Positions 8,413 to 16,972 of a stretch of DNA of 54,596 nt are shown one piece after another. The notes under the pieces were generated by a model. That model ran no database searches and was not told the DNA's origin. It saw only the letters and a program-made list of their open reading frames with translations. How positions within the stretch are numbered: position 1 is the first letter of the stretch; each line of letters starts with the position of its first letter. The DNA is from Bacteroidales bacterium GP2 (GTDB lineage Bacteria; Bacteroidota; Bacteroidia; Bacteroidales; Muribaculaceae), in the NCBI GenBank assembly GCA_001701115.1, contig DAAJ01000122.1:30545-85140 (forward strand), given 5' to 3'. The position numbers and the translations under genes are program-made.

Positions 8413-9753
8413 ATGAGAAAACTTTTTTTATGCACTTTGTGCGCAGTATCAGCCCTTTATGCAAGCGCAGAAGGGTATCAGATTAACACTCTCAGTGCAA
8501 AACAGCTTGGAATGGCGCATACTGGCGTTGCTCTTAAACTTGGAGCGGAAAGCATGATATTCAATCCCGCGGGACTCGGATTCTCAAACAAAACGCTGGA
8601 TATAACCGGTTCATTCACAGGAATCAAAGCAATTGCAAAGGCTACATACAACGGTGCTACATACAAGACAGACAATGGCATAAGCACTCCGATTGCATTC
8701 AATGCCGCTTTCAGAGTGTATGACAATGTGCAGGTTGGAGTTTCATTCTACACACCATACGGCAGCAGCATAGATTGGACAAAAAACTGGCCCGGTGCAG
8801 TGCTCAACCAAAATGTTGACCTGAAAGTGTACACAATCCAACCTACCGTTTCATGGCGCATTACTCCTAAATTCAGCATCGGCGCAGGAATGACAATCGG
8901 ATGGGGCTCGGTCAATCTCAACAAAGGTCTGGTATCACCATCTACTCTTGATGCAATACTTGCCCTCACCGGCTCAGAATATAAATTCGGTCATACATCT
9001 CCTGCCTCCGTTAACCTTAAAGGCGAAAGCCAGGTTGCACTTGGCGCTAATATAGGTGCGATGTATGAGATTTCTGAAAATGTTACTGTCGGCGCATCTT
9101 TCCGCACAAAAATGAAGATGAAAGTTAAAAGCGGTGATGCAAGCGTTGAGTATGCCAACGATATAGCAAAAGGTATACTTGAAAAAGATCTTGATATAAT
9201 ACATTCCGCAAACTTCGCAGCATCCATGCCTTGCCCCTATGTATTTACTTTCGGTGCCTCATGGAAGCCTGTCAGGAAACTTACCCTTGCAGCAGATGCA
9301 CAGCTTACCGGCTGGAAGACATACAAGACGCTTGAAATAGATTTCCTTGATGAAAGGCTTGAGCCGTATGACCAGAAACTCATAAAGGATTACAGGAACG
9401 CATGGTGTTTCCGTATTGGAGCGGAATATGCAGTTACAAACAGGCTGGATGCGCGTCTTGGCATTATGATTGACACCACACCGGTCAATAAACAGCACTA
9501 TAATCCCGAAACACCCGGAATGACCAAAATCGGTCCGTCAGCCGGCATCTCTTTCCGTCCCATTCCAGCTCTGTCAATTGATCTAAGCTTCATGTATGTT
9601 GCCGGAACCGGTGCTAAAAACGCGGAATGCACTTATGACGATCTCCTTGCTGCAAAAATGCCCATGCTGCAACTCCCTGCCAAATCAACCTTCAAAGCAG
9701 ACTATAAAGTCCATGCATTTACACCCTCTATCGGGCTCAGCTACTCATTCTGA
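8413..9753 (+). CDS. FadL/TodX (OMPP1) family outer-membrane hydrophobic-compound transport protein
   Basis: 446 aa with a signal peptide. N-terminal EGYQINTLSAKQLGMAHTG and a C-terminal aromatic residue (SYSF) are typical of FadL-type beta-barrels. Confidence 0.8.
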   Translation: MRKLFLCTLCAVSALYASAEGYQINTLSAKQLGMAHTGVALKLGAESMIFNPAGLGFSNKTLDITGSFTGIKAIAKATYNGATYKTDNGISTPIAFNAAFRVYDNVQVGVSFYTPYGSSIDWTKNWPGAVLNQNVDLKVYTIQPTVSWRITPKFSIGAGMTIGWGSVNLNKGLVSPSTLDAILALTGSEYKFGHTSPASVNLKGESQVALGANIGAMYEISENVTVGASFRTKMKMKVKSGDASVEYANDIAKGILEKDLDIIHSANFAASMPCPYVFTFGASWKPVRKLTLAADAQLTGWKTYKTLEIDFLDERLEPYDQKLIKDYRNAWCFRIGAEYAVTNRLDARLGIMIDTTPVNKQHYNPETPGMTKIGPSAGISFRPIPALSIDLSFMYVAGTGAKNAECTYDDLLAAKMPMLQLPAKSTFKADYKVHAFTPSIGLSYSF

Positions 9754-9776
9754 TATAAGGGAATAAACTTTCATTT

Positions 9777-9817
9777 AGATGCCGCTCAAAAAAATCTGGG
9801 CGGCATCTAAACTTTTT
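9777..9817 (+). terminator. intrinsic terminator
   Basis: AGATGCCGC (9777-9785) pairs with GCGGCATCT (9800-9808), followed by AAACTTTTT. Confidence 0.65.
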
Positions 9818-9881
9818 AAACCCTATTGCAGTTATATATTTAGTGTTTATTATCAACAAATTTAACTAAAACTCATTTCAA

Positions 9882-10427
9882 ATGAAAGCACTATTTATTT
9901 CAGCAGCTATCGCTGCCGTAGCAACATTTTCAGCGTGCAGCAGCTCTGAAAAAGCCCAGCAGGAAGAATCTTCACTCGCTTCTAAGATTGAAAACTGCAC
10001 TAACACAGACAGTATCCAGAAGTATGTAGATCAGGCAAAAGACTACATCGTCAAACTTCAGAGCGAAGGCAAGATTGAAGAAGCAAAGGCATTCCTTGAA
10101 AAGATCCAGCCTGTTGTTGAGCAGAAAGCACCTGCGCTTGCAAGCACTTTCGCTACCGTGAAATCTTCTATCGAAAAGTTGACCTCATCCGCAGCAGATG
10201 CAGTTGACAGCACCAAGGCTGCTGTAACCGACAGCCTTTCAGCTAAAGTAGAGGATGCTAAGGAAGCTGTAAGCGAAAAAGCAACTGAAACCGTTGAAAA
10301 AGCTAAAGAAGCTGCTGCTGAAGCAACAGACGCAGCCAAAGAAAAAGTAAGCGATGCCGCTCAGAAGGCAAAAGATGCCGCTGCAAATGCAGCCCAGAAG
10401 GCAGCTGACAAAATCAAAGGTCTCTGA
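9882..10427 (+). CDS. Ala/Lys/Glu-rich repeat lipoprotein (LEA/apolipoprotein-like amphipathic helices)
   Basis: Signal peptide plus lipobox (ATFSAC). The remainder is a low-complexity helical repeat (KAKDAAANAAQKAADK...). Confidence 0.6.
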   Translation: MKALFISAAIAAVATFSACSSSEKAQQEESSLASKIENCTNTDSIQKYVDQAKDYIVKLQSEGKIEEAKAFLEKIQPVVEQKAPALASTFATVKSSIEKLTSSAADAVDSTKAAVTDSLSAKVEDAKEAVSEKATETVEKAKEAAAEATDAAKEKVSDAAQKAKDAAANAAQKAADKIKGL

Positions 10428-10448
10428 TTTGACAACAAGAAACTAAAA

Positions 10449-10481
10449 AGTGGCATCTCGAAAGAGGTGTCACTTTTTTTT
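10449..10481 (+). terminator. strong intrinsic terminator
   Basis: 11-bp stem (two G-U pairs) closed by a GAAA tetraloop (10460-10463), followed by eight T (10474-10481). Confidence 0.85.
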
Positions 10482-10602
10482 GCATATTTACATCCCTTTA
10501 CTACAGTTAAATAAGTTCAATTGCCTGACAAACGGTTATTACAGATGTTTATCTGATATATGACATAAACGTACATCATACCATAAAGACAAACGCAGAA
10601 GG

Positions 10603-10654
10603 GTGCGGACTAAACGGTTGCATGACCGGATAGCCCGCACTTTATTTGCTTTTT
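10603..10654 (+). promoter_or_regulatory. terminator-like hairpin in the leader of the polysaccharide operon
   Basis: GTGCGG (10603-10608) pairs with CCGCAC (10635-10640). An inner CGGT/ACCG stem is present, followed by TTTATTTGCTTTTT. It ends about 50 nt upstream of the Wza-like start. Confidence 0.3.
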
Positions 10655-10702
10655 GATGCAATAATATGAGGCTGTTGACGTTTTTATTAAAAAAGCCATG
10701 CA

Positions 10703-11509
10703 ATGAAACGATATATTTTCCCACTCATCATATTTCTAACTGTCATTACCACAGGCTGCACTACACATAAAAGCCATCTCGCCTATCTGTCAAATCTACC
10801 GGAAGAGGTGGAAGGCACTTTGCAGTCAACCGATTATGCAATTAAAATTGTGCCGGAGGATGAACTGGAAATTGTCGTCACCTCAACGGTGCCTACTGCC
10901 ACAACCGAATATAACATTCCGGCAAGTAATGCACAGTATTCCGCCGGGCAAAACAGCATCCTCTCAACTACCGAACAGCAGAAATACATTGTCAACAAGA
11001 ACGGAGATATTGATTTCCCTGTTCTCGGCACAATCCATGTTGCCGGAATGACTACCGGGGAACTTAAATCATACCTTACTTCAAGGATTGAGGAAAATGT
11101 AACCGACCCGAAAGTAACGGTCAGATTGACTAACTTCAAAGTAAATGTGATTGGGGAAGTGAGAAATCCCCGTACAATAGAGGTAAAATCCGAAAGATTT
11201 TCCATTTTTGATGCCCTCGCGTCCGCAGGAGACATGACAGAATACGGAAGAAGAGACAATGTGACGGTAATACGCGAAACCCCGCAGGGGCTTGTGTACC
11301 GGCGGCTGGACCTCACAAAACCGGAGGTCGTCTCCTCCCCTTACTACTATCTGCAACAGAATGATGTTGTTATTGTTGACCCGAACAGCATCCGGCAGGC
11401 AAACTCGCGCTACAACCAGAACAACTCTTACAAACTGTCCGTCATCTCAACAATAGTGAGTGCTGTCAGTGTAATAGCCTCACTCGTTATCGCACTTGCT
11501 GTAAGGTAA
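10703..11509 (+). CDS. Wza-type outer-membrane polysaccharide export lipoprotein (OPX)
   Basis: 268 aa with lipobox ITTGC. Poly_export-like segment (IVPEDELEIVV...NGDIDFPVLGTIHVAGMT..EL) followed by an SLBB-like segment and a C-terminal hydrophobic helix. Confidence 0.8.
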   Translation: MKRYIFPLIIFLTVITTGCTTHKSHLAYLSNLPEEVEGTLQSTDYAIKIVPEDELEIVVTSTVPTATTEYNIPASNAQYSAGQNSILSTTEQQKYIVNKNGDIDFPVLGTIHVAGMTTGELKSYLTSRIEENVTDPKVTVRLTNFKVNVIGEVRNPRTIEVKSERFSIFDALASAGDMTEYGRRDNVTVIRETPQGLVYRRLDLTKPEVVSSPYYYLQQNDVVIVDPNSIRQANSRYNQNNSYKLSVISTIVSAVSVIASLVIALAVR

Positions 11510-11523
11510 TCCAATCTTTCTCC

Positions 11524-12765
11524 ATGCTGAGAATCGACCGAATCTGCACAGTTCTTTTCATTGTCGCTTTCGCTCTGATAATACCGAGCGTTAAGATTGC
11601 AACATTCATAGATGAACTGATTGCGGGATTGCTCGGCGTGCTTGCTATAGCAGACTGCATTTTCAACAAGGCATGGCGCAGATACACCTTGCTTTGGATT
11701 ATCATTGCCATCATGACATTTTACGCCGGCTACTCCATCGCTTTCCTGCACTATAACACCATAGGAGCAATAGCTTCCGACTGGATTATACAACTCAAGC
11801 CCTATGTGCCGTTTGTCGTATTTCTCGCAATACGCCCGACTTTGTCCGGCGCAGACAAACAGTGGCTGCGCATAATCGCTATAGTCAATGCGACCATAAG
11901 CTTTATAAGTTTTTTCTTGCCGAGGGAGTTAATGACCCAGGTTATGGGACACGTTTATTTCACCGGTTCGGTATTGCTGTTATCCGCCACCATATACGCC
12001 TACACTTCCGGTGACTCATTACGGTGCCCCCGAAACATAATGATTATTGTAGCAATGCTTGCTGCAGGGCTTATTGGCGGACGCTCCAAATATTATGGTG
12101 AATTTATAGCAGCTATATATTTCCTCTTTTTCTATACACGCACCTTATATAGGGATATGACATGGAAACAACGGATTTTGATTACAAGCATTCCCTTATG
12201 TATCATTGCTGTAGGATGGAGCAAATTCAGCTACTATTTCCTTACAGGAGAATCCCATACTTTTGACCCATCTGTCATAGAATCGTATGCGCGCCCGGTG
12301 CTTTATGCCACAGGAGCGCTGATTCTCATCGACAAGATGCCATTCGGCAGCGGACTTGCCAGTTTCGCATCATGGTCATCTGTTGAGCCATACTCATCAG
12401 TGTACCATGAATATGGAATAAGTTCCGTGTATGGACTCTCCCCGGCAAATCCGACATTCATCTGCGATGCCTTTTATCCGTCACTCGCGCAGTTCGGAAT
12501 TATCGGGATTATCTTTTTCCTCGCATTCTGGATTTACGTCACACAGCTGCTAAAAAAGCTAATACGCTCCAATCCAGTTGGAAACAGGCTCTATTTCGCC
12601 TGCGGCTGGATTATAGTGATAATGATATTGATAGAAAGCATAGCTTCAACTACCTTTGTACAAACAGCAGGAATGTGGGCGATGATGCTCCTCGGCATTA
12701 TCTGCGCCAAAGCAGAGGATACCGACGAAACACTTTCCTTAAAAGATGTTGACAATGAAAAATAA
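11524..12765 (+). CDS. Wzy/O-antigen-ligase-like polytopic membrane protein
   Basis: 413 aa with about 10 TM helices and a large loop followed by FGSGLASF...AFYPSLAQFGIIG, resembling the Wzy_C region. Confidence 0.6.
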   Translation: MLRIDRICTVLFIVAFALIIPSVKIATFIDELIAGLLGVLAIADCIFNKAWRRYTLLWIIIAIMTFYAGYSIAFLHYNTIGAIASDWIIQLKPYVPFVVFLAIRPTLSGADKQWLRIIAIVNATISFISFFLPRELMTQVMGHVYFTGSVLLLSATIYAYTSGDSLRCPRNIMIIVAMLAAGLIGGRSKYYGEFIAAIYFLFFYTRTLYRDMTWKQRILITSIPLCIIAVGWSKFSYYFLTGESHTFDPSVIESYARPVLYATGALILIDKMPFGSGLASFASWSSVEPYSSVYHEYGISSVYGLSPANPTFICDAFYPSLAQFGIIGIIFFLAFWIYVTQLLKKLIRSNPVGNRLYFACGWIIVIMILIESIASTTFVQTAGMWAMMLLGIICAKAEDTDETLSLKDVDNEK

Positions 12766-14800
12766 AGAATACTCCAATGAAATTGATATGCGCCGGATAA
12801 TCCGCGAAATCAAAACCCGCAGATGGCTTTTCCTCACCATGTTCCTGCTCATTTTCGGGCTTGCAGTGGCTTATGTGGTACGTAGCGAAGCAAAATATAC
12901 CGCCCACTCGACTCTTCTTATCGAAGATAGCTCCAGCGATGCGCAAGGGGGACGAGGAGGTTCCATGATGCAGATGATGCGCATATTTTCAACCGGAGGC
13001 TTTACCTCGTCAAGCGTTGACAATGAAATGCTCCTAATCAGCACAAACGATGTCTCCTTGCGCACGGTCAAGGCATTGAACCTCAACGTGAACTGCATAG
13101 AGAAGAAAGGCATTACCAACAAAACACTCTTTGAAAACCCGCCAATTTCACTCACATTGGACAATGAGTGCGCTGACACAATGAGAAATGCATTCAATGT
13201 AAGGGTAAAAATCGCCAACGGCAAAGCGGATATCAGAGCTTACACAGGCAGATTTTTCAAAACCACCCTTGCGGAGAAAAAAAATGCGACACTCCCATGC
13301 CATATCTCAACAAAGTATGCTGACTTCACCATTTCCGCTAATACGCCGGACTTGAAAAGCGGCACATTCGTTTTCGGGGTCACAAGCTACAACGATGCTG
13401 CATGGACGCTGTATAAGGAGGTAGACACAAAGATACTTGACAAACTTGCTGATGGTATAGTTTTCACCTACACCTGCCCAAACGGCAACAAGGCTATGGC
13501 GGTGCTGAACACGATGATGAATGAATATAACCTCAAGAGGTTGGAAAGAAAACGCGAGACCTCGCTAACTGAGCTGAATTTTATCACAGATAGAATCAAT
13601 TCACTCTATACTGACCTGCGCAAATCAGAAAAAGAGGTAGAAAAATTCAAATCGGAAAGCAATTTTGTAAACATTGAAGCGGAAGCACCGATACTCTTCG
13701 AGTCTACACTCAGCGCACACGAAGATCTATTGAAGGAATCGGCACTGATTCTTTACTACGAGCAAGTGCTCGATATTCTTAAAAGCAACCAAGGCGGAAT
13801 GCTCCCTGCATTCTCTACCCACGGAGAAGGCGAATCCGGCAAATCCGGAATGATTGGCGACTATAATGAGCAGATGGCGTTACTGCTGGAGCTCCGCCGC
13901 TCCGCAAAACCTGGCAACCAAGCGTTATCGGCAGCCGAAGAGAGGGTCAACGAAATGCGCGCGTCAATCATAACATCGTTCTCGCAACTTCTCAAAGCCT
14001 CCAAAAACGCAATGGCGCAACGGAAAAGCATTGTCGGCTCAATGGATTCACAACTCAGCAAACTCCCTGCATTTGAAAGAGAGTACATAAATCTCTCGCG
14101 TGACCAGCTACTCAAAAACGAACTTTACGCTTTTCTTGTTGAAAAAAGAGAGAATGCGTTGATGAAGCTCAACTCACAGGATAGGCTCGGATATGTCATA
14201 GACAAGGCATATATTGAACCGACGCCAAGCATGAAAAAAGCGTTTGTAGTGCTTGCTGCCGGATTCATCCTCGGAATAGCTTTTCCACTTTTTATCGCCC
14301 TGCTGCTTATGAGGTGCTCCGATAAAATCCGTAACGCATACGATCTCCGTAAATTCTCACTTGAAGGAAACACAGTAGAGCTAAACCGGGCTGACAGCTC
14401 TGTAAATAGTGTCCGTTCCGCTATAATGACACGGCTCAGCAAAGCCACCTTATATATTACGGTGTCCGGCACTGACCTCAAAAAGGCTCTCCCCGCACGG
14501 CTTGTTGAGTCCTTCCAGGCAACCGGAATACCTGTAGCGGAAATAAATCCGCCAGACACCGATAGCGTACTTGGACCCGAAATCCAGGCTCAGATTGCCA
14601 ATTGCATGAAGAACAGCAATTATGTATTTGTGGCAATTCCTGATATATTGCAGATCAAAGATATTGCCCCGGTGGCAAATGCCGATGACACCCTCTGCGT
14701 AATCATTATTGCGGAAGGAGAAATCACCAGAAAGCAATTTGCCGGAATCATTTCCGGCATTGACACCGGCAAGATACTTGTGGTGCTAACCTCAAAGTGA
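12746..14800 (+). CDS. polysaccharide co-polymerase (Wzz/Wzc, GumC-like) with a degenerate C-terminal kinase-like domain
   Basis: 684 aa. The order is TM1 (WLFLTMFLLIFGLAVAYVV), a long coiled periplasmic region, TM2 (AFVVLAAGFILGIAFPLFIALLL) and a 161-aa cytoplasmic domain that lacks a GK[ST] Walker A motif and a C-terminal Tyr cluster. Confidence 0.75.
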   Translation: MLTMKNKEYSNEIDMRRIIREIKTRRWLFLTMFLLIFGLAVAYVVRSEAKYTAHSTLLIEDSSSDAQGGRGGSMMQMMRIFSTGGFTSSSVDNEMLLISTNDVSLRTVKALNLNVNCIEKKGITNKTLFENPPISLTLDNECADTMRNAFNVRVKIANGKADIRAYTGRFFKTTLAEKKNATLPCHISTKYADFTISANTPDLKSGTFVFGVTSYNDAAWTLYKEVDTKILDKLADGIVFTYTCPNGNKAMAVLNTMMNEYNLKRLERKRETSLTELNFITDRINSLYTDLRKSEKEVEKFKSESNFVNIEAEAPILFESTLSAHEDLLKESALILYYEQVLDILKSNQGGMLPAFSTHGEGESGKSGMIGDYNEQMALLLELRRSAKPGNQALSAAEERVNEMRASIITSFSQLLKASKNAMAQRKSIVGSMDSQLSKLPAFEREYINLSRDQLLKNELYAFLVEKRENALMKLNSQDRLGYVIDKAYIEPTPSMKKAFVVLAAGFILGIAFPLFIALLLMRCSDKIRNAYDLRKFSLEGNTVELNRADSSVNSVRSAIMTRLSKATLYITVSGTDLKKALPARLVESFQATGIPVAEINPPDTDSVLGPEIQAQIANCMKNSNYVFVAIPDILQIKDIAPVANADDTLCVIIIAEGEITRKQFAGIISGIDTGKILVVLTSK

Positions 14801-14807
14801 CAGTAGC

Positions 14808-15821
14808 GTGAAAAACAGCGGAAATACCATACAGTGCAGCATCATCACCACCTTCAGGTGCAATGCCCGCTGCAACATGTGCAATATCTGGCAATACCCT
14901 ACCCGTCCGGAGCAGGAAATTGATTTTGAAATGCTTAGGAGCCTGCCGGACGGAATGAGGATAAATATCACTGGCGGCGAACCGACATTGCGCAAGGACA
15001 TTGACCGCCTTTTTGAAATATTGCATCCAAAAGCCTCCCTTCTCGAACTCAGCACCAACGGTTACAACACCGAAACTATCGTGCGCCTTGCAAAACGCTA
15101 TCCTGACATACTTATCCGCGTCAGCCTCGAAGGTCTCCCTGCTGTCAACGATGCCAAGCGCGGGCTAAAGGATGGGTTTGACCATGCAATGCGTACAATG
15201 CTTGAACTTAGAAAAACCAAGTGCAGGAATATCGGCTTTTCTGTAGTGATATCCCCGGACAACTATAAAGATTTGCTTCCTCTATACGAAATATGCGTTG
15301 CCCTCGGGGTGGAACTCGGCAATTCTACCGTGCATAACTCCTGGTACTTCCACAAAGAAGACAATCTCATAAAAAGCGAAGAAGCGCTTGCTGAACATGA
15401 AAAATTTGTCAAAGCCCTCCTTACCTCACGGCGGCGCGGCATCAAGCCGAAATTGAAAGATTACGGTCGTGCCTACTTCAACCGCTCAATCCACCGCCGC
15501 CTGCGCGGAGACGAACCCGGCTACCGTCCGCAATGCGGGGCGTTGGATGATTTCTTTTTCATTGACCCTACCGGAAACGTGTCACCTTGCAACGGTTCGG
15601 CAAAAGAATGGATTGTAGGCAACATAAAAGAGCAGACAATTGATGAAATGAAAAACTCCCCGCTCTGGAACGAGGCGAAAGAAAAGGTAAGTACCTGCAA
15701 AAGAAACTGTGCATTCATCGTCACAGAGCGGCATGACATGGTACGCCGCCCATGGAAACCTATCATGTGGATTCTTAAAAACAAATGGCGGATTTTCCGC
15801 GGTAAACCCATCTGCTGGTAA
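14808..15821 (+). CDS. radical SAM enzyme with a SPASM/twitch-like C-terminal Cys cluster
   Basis: CNARCNMC (CX3CX2C, aa 18-25), GGEPTL, then C243-x12-G-x4-C261, C297-x3-C301 and C336. A GTG start is required because the next Met lies inside the Cys motif. Confidence 0.85.
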   Translation: MKNSGNTIQCSIITTFRCNARCNMCNIWQYPTRPEQEIDFEMLRSLPDGMRINITGGEPTLRKDIDRLFEILHPKASLLELSTNGYNTETIVRLAKRYPDILIRVSLEGLPAVNDAKRGLKDGFDHAMRTMLELRKTKCRNIGFSVVISPDNYKDLLPLYEICVALGVELGNSTVHNSWYFHKEDNLIKSEEALAEHEKFVKALLTSRRRGIKPKLKDYGRAYFNRSIHRRLRGDEPGYRPQCGALDDFFFIDPTGNVSPCNGSAKEWIVGNIKEQTIDEMKNSPLWNEAKEKVSTCKRNCAFIVTERHDMVRRPWKPIMWILKNKWRIFRGKPICW

Positions 15822-16909
15822 TGAAAACACCACTTGCCGCTATCGGTCTCAGGGGATTTCCCGGCGTTCAGGGCGGGGTGGAGAGCCACTGTGCCGCGAT
15901 TTTGCCGAATCTCGGTATCCGTTGCCGGGTGTACCGGCGCAAACCATACATATCACAAGATGGCAACCAGCCGGGAAACATAGAGTTCACCGATTTGCCA
16001 AGCACCAGGATAAAAGGCATTGAAGCCGCAATCCATACGGCACTCTGCGTAGCTCACCTGCTTATCCATCCCGTAGATATGGTCAATGTCCATAACATCG
16101 GTCCTGCACTGCTGACTCCACTGCTCAAACTCAGGGGAATGAAAGTGGTGCTCACTTACCATAGCGCCAACTACCTCCACTCCAAATGGGGACGCCTTGC
16201 TAAAGCGATTCTTAAAACGGGGGAACGTGCCGGTTTCAGATTTGCGGACAGAATCATCTTCGTGAGCGAAACACTGCGTAGCAATATTTGCTCCCCGGAA
16301 GCATTACATAAAAGCACTGTCATACCGAATCCTGTCCGTAAAGCAGAAAAGACCGACTCTGTGGAATTTTGCAGGAAAATTGGCGCGGAACCGTTCAAAT
16401 ACCTTCTTGCCGTAGGAAGGATTTCTCCGGAGAAAGGCTTTGACACTCTGGTTACTGCCGCACAGACCCTTCCGGACGGTTTCAAGGTAGTAATCACCGG
16501 AGCTCCCGGTAACGGCGTAGCCTACATGGATAAGCTGAAAAAACTTGACATAGGCAACAAAGTCATTTTCACCGGCTTTGCCAACCATGCGACCCTGTGC
16601 GAGTTATATTCACATGCGCGTATGTTTGTACTCCCATCGCATTTTGAAGGCATGAGCGTTGCACTGCTTGAAGCGATGAGCTTCAGCCTGCCAGTGTGCG
16701 CCAGCGACATCCCCGCAAACCGGTTACCGGAACTTGAAAACCGCGCCATTTACTTTGTCCCCGGCTGCTCCGGTTCCCTCAGCAGTGCGATCGGCGAAGC
16801 CTTAAAGTTGCCCCCAAGGATAGGGTATGACCTTAAAGCATACTCACAGGAAGCCATAGTTGCATCTACCGCAGCCATTTACGCGTCCCTGTTGCGCAAT
16901 TCACGCTAA
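15821..16909 (+). CDS. glycosyltransferase family 4 (GT1 fold) with a DUF1972-like N-terminus
   Basis: N-terminus IGLRGFPGVQGGVES resembles DUF1972. C-terminal EGMSVALLEAMSFSLPVCASD is the E-x7-E region. The ATG overlaps the radical SAM stop (TAATG). Confidence 0.85.
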   Translation: MKTPLAAIGLRGFPGVQGGVESHCAAILPNLGIRCRVYRRKPYISQDGNQPGNIEFTDLPSTRIKGIEAAIHTALCVAHLLIHPVDMVNVHNIGPALLTPLLKLRGMKVVLTYHSANYLHSKWGRLAKAILKTGERAGFRFADRIIFVSETLRSNICSPEALHKSTVIPNPVRKAEKTDSVEFCRKIGAEPFKYLLAVGRISPEKGFDTLVTAAQTLPDGFKVVITGAPGNGVAYMDKLKKLDIGNKVIFTGFANHATLCELYSHARMFVLPSHFEGMSVALLEAMSFSLPVCASDIPANRLPELENRAIYFVPGCSGSLSSAIGEALKLPPRIGYDLKAYSQEAIVASTAAIYASLLRNSR

Positions 16910-16914
16910 AAGCG

Positions 16915-16922
16915 TAACTTTG
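16915..16922 (+). promoter_or_regulatory. TAnnTTTG promoter motif (TAACTTTG) for yhhQ
   Basis: Begins 6 nt after the GT4 stop and ends 51 nt before the ATG at 16973. Confidence 0.6.
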
Positions 16923-16938
16923 CAGCGTAATAACAACA

Positions 16939-16968
16939 CCGAGTGCTTGCTACCTCGTAAAAAACAAG
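16939..16968 (+). promoter_or_regulatory. preQ1-I-like riboswitch (H-type pseudoknot aptamer)
   Basis: P1 is CGAG (16940-43) with CUCG (16954-57). The loop is UG-CUUG-CUAC. An A6 tract lies at 16959-64. CAAG (16965-68) is complementary to loop CUUG (16946-49), forming P2. The element ends 5 nt before the ATG of the queuosine-precursor transporter. Confidence 0.6.
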
Positions 16969-16972
16969 AACA

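Noticed and set aside
10539-10724. A 61-aa minus-strand ORF in the leader of the Wza-like gene.
   Set aside because: It overlaps the Wza start antisense, and its composition and context give no support.
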